DNA of 64,000 nt, taken from the sequence record LC597490.1; one strand, written 5' to 3'. Of the stretch, positions 28,609-37,958 are shown one piece after another (the stretch's first letter is position 1; every line of letters begins with the position of its first letter). The notes beneath the pieces were generated by a model. That model was not told the origin of the DNA, ran no database searches, and saw only the letters and a program-made list of their open reading frames with translations. The translations under genes and the position numbers were made by a program.

Positions 28609-28833
28609 TGCCCAGTAGTTGGGTAGTGGTGTGCCGCTAACAGAGGTTGTCCATTTTAAGGCACCTAGCGGGCTTGTAACGAGGGCGTAGTCTTTTCTGG
28701 TACAAATAGTCTTTGTAGCTGATTGACCCGCCGAGAGGAGGACGAGAATGCGACCAGCACATTGGTTATCACTTATCTTTGCATTCATACTACTATTATG
28801 TATGATACTGATTCGTATACTAGGAGGGATAGT

Positions 28834-29082
28834 ATGAGAGTTATATATGGGGGCTTACAGTTTGATGCTTCGGATATGCATACACCAGAGGGAGTTATTA
28901 ATATATTGGCGGAGTCTTTTCCTGAGTTAGGTAATGGCAATGCTATATATAAGAGGAATGGTAACATACTCCGTATATATATGAAGCCAGCTCAAACGCT
29001 GAAGTCATTCCGCCAACAAGTAGTCTACGAGAACAATAGGACTACTGTCACAACTCTAAAGCAGGAGGTGCGGTATGCGTGA
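28834..29082 (+). CDS. Orphan ubiquitin-like domain with the C-terminal motif
   Basis: Start moved to ATG 28834; MRVIYGG..ILAESFPELGN aligns with the repeat at 54788; ends NNRTTVTTLKQEVRYA. Confidence 0.75.
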   Translation: MRVIYGGLQFDASDMHTPEGVINILAESFPELGNGNAIYKRNGNILRIYMKPAQTLKSFRQQVVYENNRTTVTTLKQEVRYA

Positions 29083-29392
29083 GGAGTATAGAGCTGTACA
29101 GGAAGAGGATTTAATAGGCGAGCCTATATATGTATATATACCCAAACACAGTAACGAACTACTTGATGGTCAGTATATATATGTACGGGAGTATAGTCTA
29201 ACAGGAGACTTCGCCAACCTCCAACATGGCTCTTATCAGATACACAACTGTCCACACAATGATAAACTCCTATCTAGCGAACGCAACTATAGGGAGTACA
29301 ACATGTGCATAGATAAGAGTAGTTGTATAGAGTCCGCAGAGAGCAATACAGCGACAACAAAGTATCTCAAGGTAGAAATACCCTTGGACTAG
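29075..29392 (+). CDS. CxHND-family protein with the C-terminal motif
   Basis: GEPIYV..NCPHND; ends SNTATTKYLKVEIPLD. Confidence 0.8.
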   Translation: MREEYRAVQEEDLIGEPIYVYIPKHSNELLDGQYIYVREYSLTGDFANLQHGSYQIHNCPHNDKLLSSERNYREYNMCIDKSSCIESAESNTATTKYLKVEIPLD

Positions 29393-29565
29393 CTAACGGA
29401 CGAACCAGTGGATATAGGACACGCTAAAAGGGGGTCTGGCACCTTCGGATAGGCGTTCTGGATTCATGACTCACTCAAAGTGTTGTTATATCAACGTTTA
29501 TCCCCTATGTGCTTATATATAGTGTATAGGGGTGTTTTTATGTAAAAGGGGGTATATTTCTCTGT

Positions 29566-29760
29566 ATGGTTAATGAACTATTATCTAATATAAGTGTAAT
29601 ATCTTATGTAGTTATTATATTAGGGGTATTAGTATTTATCTCTTATATAGTTAGTTTCTATAGTAAGGTTATGTTATATGTGTATTATGTACTATCTATT
29701 ATCTTTTATATATATGTAGGAGTAATAGTTATAAAAGTATGGTTAGGGGGCGCCGAGTAG
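29566..29760 (+). CDS. Two-TM membrane protein
   Basis: 64 aa, almost entirely hydrophobic. Confidence 0.65.
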   Translation: MVNELLSNISVISYVVIILGVLVFISYIVSFYSKVMLYVYYVLSIIFYIYVGVIVIKVWLGGAE

Positions 29761-29975
29761 TGGTAGTTGTGAAAGATGATATTCTGGATCACTTTAGGCA
29801 AGCGTTATTAAATGAACGTGAGTATGGTATGTTAATATGTCGTCGGGGTCGTATAGTTACTCTTTACTATATAGATGGTGCTTTTTATATAAGAGGTAAG
29901 AGTACTGTTAAATATGGTATAGCTGATGATTTATTAAGAGAAGAGATATTAACTGGTTATATAACATGGATATAG
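29739..29975 (+). CDS. Hypothetical protein
   Basis: ORF present; true start probably a downstream GTG. Confidence 0.65.
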   Translation: MVRGRRVVVVVKDDILDHFRQALLNEREYGMLICRRGRIVTLYYIDGAFYIRGKSTVKYGIADDLLREEILTGYITWI

Positions 29976-29985
29976 GAGGCGGCCT

Positions 29986-30216
29986 ATGATTAGTTTAGCT
30001 GAAATAGCTTTTGTTACGTACTTGAAAAAGGTATTAAATCATGACAAGGATATTATTCATGTTACAGGTCAAGGTTTATGGGCGACATTAGAATATGATT
30101 CATTTAAGCATTCACTTGTATTATCAGGTGGAAGTGGTAAACATCCTATTAGTGATGAGGAATTTATTAATGCATTGAATAAAGGTAAAGTAGAGATTGT
30201 AGGTGGGCGACTATGA
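29986..30216 (+). CDS. Hypothetical protein, weakly similar to 31424-31633
   Basis: 76 aa, GGAGG SD. Confidence 0.75.
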   Translation: MISLAEIAFVTYLKKVLNHDKDIIHVTGQGLWATLEYDSFKHSLVLSGGSGKHPISDEEFINALNKGKVEIVGGRL

Positions 30217-30470
30217 TGGTGCAATATGGAGAGCATTCATTTGAAATAGCTGGTTTACCTAATCCTGATGATATCATGGAGTTACTACATGAGGTATTCC
30301 CTGAGTTAATCTATAGTGGATACTATCATATAGAAGGTGAGACTATGATTGTTCAATGTAAGTTGGTTACTAAGCTGGCGAACATGCAACGTGCTTTTAA
30401 AGAAAATGTAGCTATTCGTATTACAAATGAAAACCGTGTTGTTTTCTTTAAGAAGGAGATGACTATATGA
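30213..30470 (+). CDS. Orphan ubiquitin-like domain with the C-terminal motif
   Basis: VQYGEHSFEI..DDIMELLHEVFPEL; ends TNENRVVFFKKEMTI. Confidence 0.72.
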   Translation: MMVQYGEHSFEIAGLPNPDDIMELLHEVFPELIYSGYYHIEGETMIVQCKLVTKLANMQRAFKENVAIRITNENRVVFFKKEMTI

Positions 30471-30805
30471 CAAGGTATCAGTTCTTTGTAAAGGTAAAGG
30501 ATGAGGATGAATTACCACGGGATTATTTTATGTGGCGACCTTATGTTGGTAAGGTGTTATTGGTAGAAGGGACTTCTAAATGTTTTCGTGATAATGTTGT
30601 GTTACATATAGTGAAGTGTGAACACAATGATGAGCATTATGGTGAAGACCACAAGCAATATCAGAAAGGCTGGGCAAGTATCTTAGATAAAGCTGTTACT
30701 TTAGTTAATGTAGTAGAGGAAACTAAGGATGCAGTGGAAATAGATATGAGCAATGTCATTGTTATGAAGGATTGGAGTGGTAGGCGTGGCAGTCCAGTTA
30801 AGTGA
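30467..30805 (+). CDS. CxHND-family protein without the C-terminal motif
   Basis: VGKVLLV..VKCEHND. Confidence 0.8.
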   Translation: MTRYQFFVKVKDEDELPRDYFMWRPYVGKVLLVEGTSKCFRDNVVLHIVKCEHNDEHYGEDHKQYQKGWASILDKAVTLVNVVEETKDAVEIDMSNVIVMKDWSGRRGSPVK

Positions 30806-30874
30806 TATAGGTATTATTGTATTCCTGATTGTTATGATTGCAGGGGATATTTATTTACGAGGAGATGATGATTA

Positions 30875-31309
30875 ATGCCGAACGTAGTTACAGTTAAATT
30901 ACCTGATGGTAGAACAAATGCTTATGAGCCGACATCTAGTGAAGCAACTCGTCTTGATATTATGCTTTCACTTATGAGCATCTATGGTGCAGAAGTTAGA
31001 TTTGATGGTATTCATCATCGTTATATTGTAAGTCCACCTGTTGAACAAGATGAAATAGATGCACGTATTCGAGTTGCATTAGAAACTTGTGTATTAACAC
31101 ACGGTGAATTAACAGACAAGGATAGGTTTTTACTCAAGCTATTAATGGAACGCAAAGAAATACCTATTGAATATCGTAATGAAGAATGCATTTTAAAAGT
31201 AAGCGCTGATTACGACCACTTTACTTCTGTTATTAATGCTGTTGAGTATGTCTTTGGCTTAATGGATGTTGTTCATCATATTAGTGTAGGTAGGTTAACT
31301 TTAAGATAG
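30875..31309 (+). CDS. Hypothetical protein
   Basis: 144 aa with SD. Confidence 0.75.
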   Translation: MPNVVTVKLPDGRTNAYEPTSSEATRLDIMLSLMSIYGAEVRFDGIHHRYIVSPPVEQDEIDARIRVALETCVLTHGELTDKDRFLLKLLMERKEIPIEYRNEECILKVSADYDHFTSVINAVEYVFGLMDVVHHISVGRLTLR

Positions 31310-31319
31310 GAGGGTTCTT

Positions 31320-31424
31320 ATGAATAAGTGGGGTTGGCTAGGCGTGACTCTTGTTGGTGCAGTTATTAGTTTTTATGGTAATAAGAAAGTACAAGAGGAA
31401 GTAAGAAAGGAGCTGGGTATTTAA
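31320..31424 (+). CDS. 34-aa single-TM peptide
   Basis: Hand-read MNKWGWLGVTLVGAVISFYGNKK...; GGAGG SD. Confidence 0.6.
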   Translation: MNKWGWLGVTLVGAVISFYGNKKVQEEVRKELGI

Positions 31425-31633
31425 TGTCTATAGCTGAAAAGTTATTATTAAATATGATTCGTAAAGAGGTTACTTATAAGCCTGTTGATGTTGTGTATTG
31501 TACGAATGTTGTTCAATTAAATTATAGCTCTCCTAAAGGAATGTTTTATGTAAGTGTAAATGGTAAAAGTGAAGAATTAAGTGGTGAAAGATTAATTCAG
31601 TTAATCAATATTAATGAATTACGTCCATTATAA
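31424..31633 (+). CDS. Hypothetical protein
   Basis: 69 aa with SD. Confidence 0.75.
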   Translation: MSIAEKLLLNMIRKEVTYKPVDVVYCTNVVQLNYSSPKGMFYVSVNGKSEELSGERLIQLININELRPL

Positions 31634-31646
31634 GGAGGAATTGTTT

Positions 31647-31763
31647 ATGTGGTATTCAACTAAAGATACTCGTTGGAAAAAAGAATCATTGATTGTGGGG
31701 ATTATTGGTTCTACTTTATTATCAGCAGTTATTACAGCAGGTTATACATTAACAGTGTTTTAG
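31647..31763 (+). CDS. 38-aa single-TM peptide
   Basis: Hand-read MWYSTKD..LIVGIIGSTLLSAVITAG; AAGGAGG SD. Confidence 0.6.
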   Translation: MWYSTKDTRWKKESLIVGIIGSTLLSAVITAGYTLTVF

Positions 31764-31772
31764 GAGGAAGTT

Positions 31773-31973
31773 TTGTTGGATTTTTTACGTATGATCTTTG
31801 TGGATAATGAATTTATTATGCGGGCAGCGTTTTTACTAACGACTTGGATTATTGTGGGATACTCCATCAGCCGTGTAATAAGAGCAAGAAAACTATGTGA
31901 TATTATGACTTGGTTAACTATTGTTACCGTAAGCTATTTGTTTACGACTCTAGTTATTCAAGTCATGATATAG
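31773..31973 (+). CDS. Two-TM membrane protein
   Basis: Hydrophobic 66 aa with SD. Confidence 0.7.
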   Translation: MLDFLRMIFVDNEFIMRAAFLLTTWIIVGYSISRVIRARKLCDIMTWLTIVTVSYLFTTLVIQVMI

Positions 31974-31985
31974 GGGGAAGTTGTT

Positions 31986-32237
31986 ATGAATTTAACTCCA
32001 GTACTTGTAATTGGATTAACAATATTGCTATTAATGATTGGTTCGGCAGCCATATTTATTTTGAGTTTATTGTTTTTAGAGGTATCTAAAATTAGCAAGA
32101 ATATACTAGCGAAAGATTACAACCAAGGTGTTAAGTATTTCTTTATTGTTATTTTATTATCTGTAAGTGAATTTATCATGGTATTAGCTGTTATTGCTCT
32201 TTATACTATGATTGCATCTTATGTAGGAGGTATGTAA
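31986..32237 (+). CDS. Two-TM membrane protein (hairpin family)
   Basis: TM-short polar loop-TM. Confidence 0.75.
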   Translation: MNLTPVLVIGLTILLLMIGSAAIFILSLLFLEVSKISKNILAKDYNQGVKYFFIVILLSVSEFIMVLAVIALYTMIASYVGGM

Positions 32238-32480
32238 ATGAGTGGTTCATTTGTTGTGATTGTCTCAAGTATTATGTTATTCATTACCTTCGTTATTATG
32301 ATGGTATTACTTGCTTTATTTGTTACTGCTGTTATTAAAACTGTTAGTAGTGTACGTGATGATATGTATAAAGTAGCTGGGGCTTATATGGGCGTCGGCT
32401 TTGCTATTCTATTCTGCATGTTTATTATGTCGTTACCTGTTTATTTTCTATACGACTTAATTGTTTCTAAATTAGCATAG
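32238..32480 (+). CDS. Two-TM membrane protein (hairpin family)
   Basis: Same architecture as neighbours. Confidence 0.75.
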   Translation: MSGSFVVIVSSIMLFITFVIMMVLLALFVTAVIKTVSSVRDDMYKVAGAYMGVGFAILFCMFIMSLPVYFLYDLIVSKLA

Positions 32481-32489
32481 GAGGTAGCT

Positions 32490-32732
32490 ATGATTCCGTT
32501 TATTGATATGATAGTTACTGGTTTTATGATTTTTCTTTTATTTAATATGTTTGCTATCGGCATCTGGTTTGCAATTATGCTTATGAGTTATGTAGGTGAC
32601 TTAATCAACAATGTAAGAACAAAGGATTGGTATAATTCAGCAAAAGCTTATGGTGGTTTTGTAGCATTTGCGACACTTTTATGTTTTGATATCATAGGCA
32701 TGTTAGCGATACTTGATACAATTATTAAATAA
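32490..32732 (+). CDS. Two-TM membrane protein (hairpin family)
   Basis: Same architecture as neighbours. Confidence 0.75.
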   Translation: MIPFIDMIVTGFMIFLLFNMFAIGIWFAIMLMSYVGDLINNVRTKDWYNSAKAYGGFVAFATLLCFDIIGMLAILDTIIK

Positions 32733-32746
32733 GAGGAGAGATAGTT

Positions 32747-33031
32747 ATGGTAGATAAAATATATGATTGGATTAAACAAGGTAAGCATGTCTTAATTAAA
32801 GACAAGTCTAAAATTGTATATCATTTTTATCCAGCTTTAAAGAAAGACCATTTTGCTGCAAATGTATTTGGTATTGAGTATGGAACATTTGGTTCTCCAA
32901 TACCTTTTAATGATGAAAGTATGCAAAAATCCATCAGAAATCAAGCTACTGAAGACAATGTAGAATTTTATGAAGATGGTGACAGCGCCAAAGCTGAATT
33001 ACTGAAATTTGGTTATAAGTATGCTTCTTAA
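32747..33031 (+). CDS. Hypothetical protein
   Basis: 94 aa with SD. Confidence 0.75.
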   Translation: MVDKIYDWIKQGKHVLIKDKSKIVYHFYPALKKDHFAANVFGIEYGTFGSPIPFNDESMQKSIRNQATEDNVEFYEDGDSAKAELLKFGYKYAS

Positions 33032-33266
33032 TATCTTGTTGTACTTATTCTTCGGTGTTCTTCTTATTAATGTAGTGATTTTATTCTTTGTTATTCTCAT
33101 GGAGTTTTATAAAAATGTAGTGCAGTTTTTTAAAAGTATACGTAGAAAAAACAAAGATGATATCATTAAATACTATGGTATATCTACTGGTTTCTTTTTA
33201 GGTATGATTTTAATGTCATTTGTTATCTATGCAATTGCTACTCCATTGCTAAATGCCTTTCAATAG
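33021..33266 (+). CDS. Two-TM membrane protein (hairpin family)
   Basis: Start moved to ATG 33021. Confidence 0.72.
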   Translation: MLLNILLYLFFGVLLINVVILFFVILMEFYKNVVQFFKSIRRKNKDDIIKYYGISTGFFLGMILMSFVIYAIATPLLNAFQ

Positions 33267-33275
33267 GAGGTTGTT

Positions 33276-33632
33276 ATGAACAAGTTTTACGATCAAATCA
33301 GATGGGGACGTGAAAAGCCTGAGAACTATGGCAAACCTTTCTTTGTTAAAGTAGATAAGTATAAAGATGACAAGGACCTCAGTGTTTGGGAACAACTAAA
33401 AGATAAAGTTATTTTAGTTGTAGAGTATGCTGAAGGTGGTAAGTACGAGCATTTATCTAGGTCCGACTATCAAATCATGCCACATCCGTTTAATGATGCG
33501 ATTAGAGATGATTGGCCTCCTCATTACTTTGAAAATGCACATTGTATTGTAAAAAGATTATGTACGGTATATGTCGAAAACAATGAGCAAGCAACAATTG
33601 GTATGAAGGAGGAGTTTGATTGGACTTCTTAA
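33276..33632 (+). CDS. CxHND-like family protein with the C-terminal motif
   Basis: GKPFFVKV..PHPFND; ends NNEQATIGMKEEFDWTS. Confidence 0.8.
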   Translation: MNKFYDQIRWGREKPENYGKPFFVKVDKYKDDKDLSVWEQLKDKVILVVEYAEGGKYEHLSRSDYQIMPHPFNDAIRDDWPPHYFENAHCIVKRLCTVYVENNEQATIGMKEEFDWTS

Positions 33633-33951
33633 TTAAAGCATTTACAAGTATAAGGACATTTATCTTATTGATAGTGTCCTTTCTTTTGTTGAAATTGATT
33701 GATTGGTTTTTCGGATTTGGATTTGGAGAAATCATCATGAATAGTATGTACATTTATTTATTCTTATTTGCGTTCCTGTATATGACTAGGGACTAAGGAG
33801 GTTATAGCATGGCACGTTTATTAATTATGATTTTACTCGGTATGTTATTATTACTTGAGTTTAATGGTTTAATGAAGGAAAGGTATTATATTATTTTTAT
33901 CTGCTATTTTACATTCTTTATTGCGTTTGGTGTGAACAAGGAGGTTAAGAA

Positions 33952-34176
33952 GTGATTGTACACAATTTCTTTTTTAATCCTAAATTTATATTTAGTTTGA
34001 TGACGGTATTATTTATTCTTATGATTGTATGTTTTGCTTTAGAAAAACTGGTTGCTTATCGTAATGAAAAGTATCCACGTATTTGTGGTTTTATCTTTGC
34101 AGGAATTCTGATTAATTATATGATTATCTATGCATTCATTGCATCATGTACAAATATGATTCGATCTTGGGAATAG
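33952..34176 (+). CDS. Two-TM membrane protein, paralog of 34686-34916
   Basis: Both start [IV][IV]HN[FL]F.N. Confidence 0.72.
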   Translation: MIVHNFFFNPKFIFSLMTVLFILMIVCFALEKLVAYRNEKYPRICGFIFAGILINYMIIYAFIASCTNMIRSWE

Positions 34177-34187
34177 GAGGACTTTAC

Positions 34188-34454
34188 ATGGAAAGAGAAG
34201 TACAAGTACAAGTAAACCATAATCCATTAATCGAAGTTGGAGATGTAGTTGTTGTAGCAGGATGGGGGCAACACGGGAAAACTCATCATTCTATTATTCG
34301 ATATGCTGACCACTTATTAGCCGTTGAATTACACTCATCAAGAGTAAGACATGAATTTTCTTCTATGAAAGAATTACGTACATATTATGATGGTCAAACG
34401 GTAATAGAAATATTAAGACACAAGGATTATCAAGTGTCTATTCAAAAGTTGTAG
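34188..34454 (+). CDS. Hypothetical small beta-barrel-like protein
   Basis: Start moved to ATG 34188; IEVGDVVVV. Confidence 0.72.
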   Translation: MEREVQVQVNHNPLIEVGDVVVVAGWGQHGKTHHSIIRYADHLLAVELHSSRVRHEFSSMKELRTYYDGQTVIEILRHKDYQVSIQKL

Positions 34455-34521
34455 GATTTTTTATGATCCTACTCTTTATTTTTGCCGCTATTATAATCTG
34501 GGATATAGGGAGGCAACGTAA

Positions 34522-34689
34522 ATGATTAAAAAACAATATTTATGGCAGATAAAACTAAGTACAGGAGATGTTGTTCATTTTTATTCTACCTCTACAAGTT
34601 TTAGTTCTGTTTATCATGCCACATCTCATATTCATGAGTATCATCTACTTATAGGACTAGAAATGTTAGGAGAGATAAATCCAATATGA
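34522..34689 (+). CDS. 55-aa hypothetical protein
   Basis: Hand-read, GGGAGG SD; preceded by CCGCTA-TTATAAT. Confidence 0.55.
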   Translation: MIKKQYLWQIKLSTGDVVHFYSTSTSFSSVYHATSHIHEYHLLIGLEMLGEINPI

Positions 34690-34916
34690 ATATTATACAT
34701 AATTTATTTTTAAACGTACCCGTTATATTAGGCATCGCAGGTCTGATGTTTATCTTATCTATTGGTATTGGTGTAACAACTGATAAAGCAAAGAAACGTT
34801 TTATTCATTACTATGGAACTAAAATATCCGATTTCTTATTTGTAGGTAGCTTCGTTTATATTGCAGCATGTGCATTTGCTGGTTCTATTTATTTCATCGT
34901 AAACAATTGGGTATGA
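34686..34916 (+). CDS. Two-TM membrane protein
   Basis: 76 aa, hydrophobic. Confidence 0.72.
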   Translation: MNIIHNLFLNVPVILGIAGLMFILSIGIGVTTDKAKKRFIHYYGTKISDFLFVGSFVYIAACAFAGSIYFIVNNWV

Positions 34917-35025
34917 TATCTCCTAGATAGGAGGTGCTCATATGCACTATACAGATTATTTTTTCCTTTTACCTTTTGTTGTTTTTATAATATATTGGGT
35001 AGTAAGATTAATAAGGAGGGATTAG

Positions 35026-35343
35026 ATGTTTGTTAGAATTGATTGTGAACATAATCATAACTCATGGTATCGAGCAAAAGACTTTGTTATTGAAGTAAAG
35101 AAGCCTACATCAATAGATATTGAAAAGATGATAAGCGACCAAATAGAACAACCACATCGACATATGATGGTTCCTATTACTGATTACAATAATCAAGTTA
35201 TGTCACACATATTCGAAGCAACAAATGATACCTATTTTAGCTTTGTATATAAAAAAGGTGGCATGTGCATTGACAGTCATTTTTGTAAGCCAGTATCAAA
35301 TGAAGATTCATCATCTAAATTAAAAGTAGAAGAAATCGTATAG
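35026..35343 (+). CDS. Hypothetical protein with the C-terminal motif
   Basis: Ends GMCIDSHFCKPVSNEDSSSKLKVEEIV, resembling the end of 29075. Confidence 0.8.
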   Translation: MFVRIDCEHNHNSWYRAKDFVIEVKKPTSIDIEKMISDQIEQPHRHMMVPITDYNNQVMSHIFEATNDTYFSFVYKKGGMCIDSHFCKPVSNEDSSSKLKVEEIV

Positions 35344-35375
35344 GGCGCATTTGTCGCCCTTTTTTTATTCCGCTA
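35342..35375 (+). terminator. Intrinsic terminator followed by CCGCTA
   Basis: AGGGCG/CGCCCT stem, T-run, CCGCTA at 35370. Confidence 0.75.
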
Positions 35376-35388
35376 AGGAGGGATTTTA

Positions 35389-35688
35389 ATGAAGAAGTTA
35401 ATTATTGTTGCAATGTCTACCTTATTATTAGTAGCGTGTGCCGCTAACACAAAGGAAATAGAATCTAGTGAACCTGCTCATGAAAATGTAGTTGCAGGAG
35501 CCATTGTGAAAGATAAGGAAACACTAGGTATAAAAAGCCATTGGTATACGATTACTTTTACTAAGAATGGTAGTGACTTTACATTAGATGCAACTGAGAA
35601 GCAACATGATTTTGTTTCAAAAGGTGCAAAAGTAAAAGTAACATATGGTGATGATTATAAAATTAAAAGGTTATTTATTGAACCATAA
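35389..35688 (+). CDS. Lipoprotein
   Basis: MKKLIIVAMSTLLLVAC lipobox. Confidence 0.85.
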   Translation: MKKLIIVAMSTLLLVACAANTKEIESSEPAHENVVAGAIVKDKETLGIKSHWYTITFTKNGSDFTLDATEKQHDFVSKGAKVKVTYGDDYKIKRLFIEP

Positions 35689-35699
35689 GGAGGTAGACT

Positions 35700-36053
35700 A
35701 TGAATCCTGAATATATGCCAAATAAAGACCCTGGTAAAGTAAAACGTAAGACAATAGGTGAACCATTCCTAGTAGAAATATTAGGTCCTACTCCAAAAGG
35801 TTATGCATTTAAAGCTGGAGATAAGATTGTTGTTATGGAATACAACAGAACTTATAACATGGATGATGGTGATTTATTTGTTGTGCCTTGTGACCATAAT
35901 GATGCAGCAATTAGAAAGCATGGTGGTCAACCGAATAGACACTATGCATATGATATAGCTGGTATGTATGTTCATAAAAGAAGGTATAAAAAATATGTAC
36001 CTATAAACATAGCAACTATTTCTGGGTTTAAGGAGGATAAGTTTTATGAATGA
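35700..36053 (+). CDS. CxHND-family protein with the C-terminal motif
   Basis: GEPFLVE..VPCDHND; ends INIATISGFKEDKFYE. Confidence 0.8.
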   Translation: MNPEYMPNKDPGKVKRKTIGEPFLVEILGPTPKGYAFKAGDKIVVMEYNRTYNMDDGDLFVVPCDHNDAAIRKHGGQPNRHYAYDIAGMYVHKRRYKKYVPINIATISGFKEDKFYE

Positions 36054-36381
36054 AAAAGATATGATGCTTAATAGACCTGAAATAAAAAGACGTGGTGCAT
36101 ATGAACTATATGGAAAGCCATATCTTGTTCAGGTAAATGAAGAATTTCCTTCTATCATGTTGAGAACACTAGTTGGCAAGGTTGTTGTCGTAGGTGAGAT
36201 TTTCGGTTACGTAGATCACTATGGCGGTGGTATTACTGCTCCAGATGTTGTATTAGTACCTTGTGACCATAACGATAAGATATTTGGTTTAGAAAACTTA
36301 CCTGAAGATTATTGTAAAGGGATTTGTCACATTAATCGAAAGTGGTTAACAAAAATTGAAGAAGAAATTAATTATGATTAA
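36046..36381 (+). CDS. CxHND-family protein without the C-terminal motif
   Basis: KDMMLNRPE..GKPYLVQ..VPCDHND; close paralog of the next gene. Confidence 0.8.
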   Translation: MNEKDMMLNRPEIKRRGAYELYGKPYLVQVNEEFPSIMLRTLVGKVVVVGEIFGYVDHYGGGITAPDVVLVPCDHNDKIFGLENLPEDYCKGICHINRKWLTKIEEEINYD

Positions 36382-36739
36382 AAAAGATATGTTATTAAAT
36401 CGACCTGAAGTAAATACTAGTATGTTTACATCACCAATAGGTCAGCCTTTTTTAGTAAAAGTAAGCAAGGAGTTTCCTACTAAGAAGTTTAGAAAATTAG
36501 TAGGAAAAGTAATTGTTGTTAGCTGTTATGGTAGATGGTCTAATGGAAATAAAATAAAAACTGAAGGTAATGAATTACTTGTTTTACCTTGTGAGCATAA
36601 TGATAGATTATTAGGTAGTAATGCACCAAGGCTTTATAAGGAAGGTTATTATACCATTAAGAATATGTGGTTGGAGAAGCTTCCAGATACAAACAATCAA
36701 TCAGCTACTAAGCTGAAAGAAGAAAACCCATTTGAGTAG
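36374..36739 (+). CDS. CxHND-family protein with the C-terminal motif
   Basis: Start moved to ATG 36374; GQPFLVK..LPCEHND; ends TNNQSATKLKEENPFE. Confidence 0.8.
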   Translation: MIKKDMLLNRPEVNTSMFTSPIGQPFLVKVSKEFPTKKFRKLVGKVIVVSCYGRWSNGNKIKTEGNELLVLPCEHNDRLLGSNAPRLYKEGYYTIKNMWLEKLPDTNNQSATKLKEENPFE

Positions 36740-36887
36740 GTGATAGTATGTATGGTTTCCGTATTTTACATTGGAATGGTGTGCCAGAAGTATTCTGGAG
36801 TCACTCTCCATACGAATGTGATTTACCATCTAGATTTGATAATGCAATTGATATACAATTTCTAGATGTTGTATAAGGAGGAGTCCT

Positions 36888-37235
36888 ATGATTGTTATTG
36901 TTGATGTTAAAACAACTAATATTTGGACTGCTATGAATGGAAGTCAACTTGAAGTTGTTCCAATAACAGATGGAATAGCCGAAAGATTAGGCTCTGTACT
37001 AGTAGATAAAGAACCAGATAGTTATTATTCAGTCATTGATTCTAAGTTTAATCGTAAACAATTAGATGACATAAGAAGATATAAGCTTATAGGTCAGCAT
37101 TCTTTATTTTTAAGCTGGGCTGAAGATTATATCTTTAAAAAGAAAACAGCTTTAATAGATAAGAGTTATACAAAATCAATCACAAATGCATTAAGCATTC
37201 CTAGATTCAGAATTGAAGAAAGGAGATATGATTAA
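36888..37235 (+). CDS. Hypothetical protein with the C-terminal motif
   Basis: Ends TNALSIPRFRIEERRYD. Confidence 0.78.
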   Translation: MIVIVDVKTTNIWTAMNGSQLEVVPITDGIAERLGSVLVDKEPDSYYSVIDSKFNRKQLDDIRRYKLIGQHSLFLSWAEDYIFKKKTALIDKSYTKSITNALSIPRFRIEERRYD

Positions 37236-37379
37236 TGTCTGTTCATGATTGTTGGTGTGACTTATGTGATGATAAAATCAAAGCTGTAAAAGTTATGCTT
37301 CATGGTAAGATACTACATATATGCAATCATTGTCATAGTTTATGTGTAGGTTGCGAAGAAGTGAAAGGGGAGTAAAGAA

Positions 37380-37625
37380 GTGAGAAAGCAATATAAAATT
37401 AAAGAGGTACCGAACCTTATCTGTATTGAAGAAAGTGGTCATGTTCGTGACTTTTCACAATTAGTATCAGGTAATGTTCGTATCTATACTGTTGAGAATT
37501 GGGCACCAATTCTAATTGCTGAAGGTGAAGTATTTGATAGCTATAAAGATGAGGAATCAGGTCAATGGGAAATCATCTTGAAGTCATTAGAAACTGCAAA
37601 GGAAGCAATAGTGGAGGAGATGTAG
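37380..37625 (+). CDS. Hypothetical protein
   Basis: GTG start with AAGGGGAG SD. Confidence 0.75.
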   Translation: MRKQYKIKEVPNLICIEESGHVRDFSQLVSGNVRIYTVENWAPILIAEGEVFDSYKDEESGQWEIILKSLETAKEAIVEEM

Positions 37626-37626
37626 C

Positions 37627-37812
37627 GTGTTTACATTCTTTCAAATCTATCCATTCTTATTAGTGTGTGGTATCATCATTGCATTTACGATGTGTGCATT
37701 GTGTATTACACCAGAGAATGCTAGTTTCGAAGATAAAGTTTGGGGTTCATTTTATCTTATTATTGGCATTGTATTAATAGTATTATTAAGTGAGTTCCAA
37801 TATTTTATATAA
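37627..37812 (+). CDS. Two-TM membrane protein
   Basis: 61 aa, hydrophobic. Confidence 0.7.
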   Translation: MFTFFQIYPFLLVCGIIIAFTMCALCITPENASFEDKVWGSFYLIIGIVLIVLLSEFQYFI

Positions 37813-37958
37813 GTGGAATGTTTTTCGCCTTGATTACCTGGGAAATAACGTGCTATCCTTAGAGAGGTATCACATCGAACATGTCACAAGAAAAACCCGA
37901 TATCTGCTAAATTGCACGAAAGAAGGCTCCGTTACTGCATATACGGGGTCTTTTTTCG

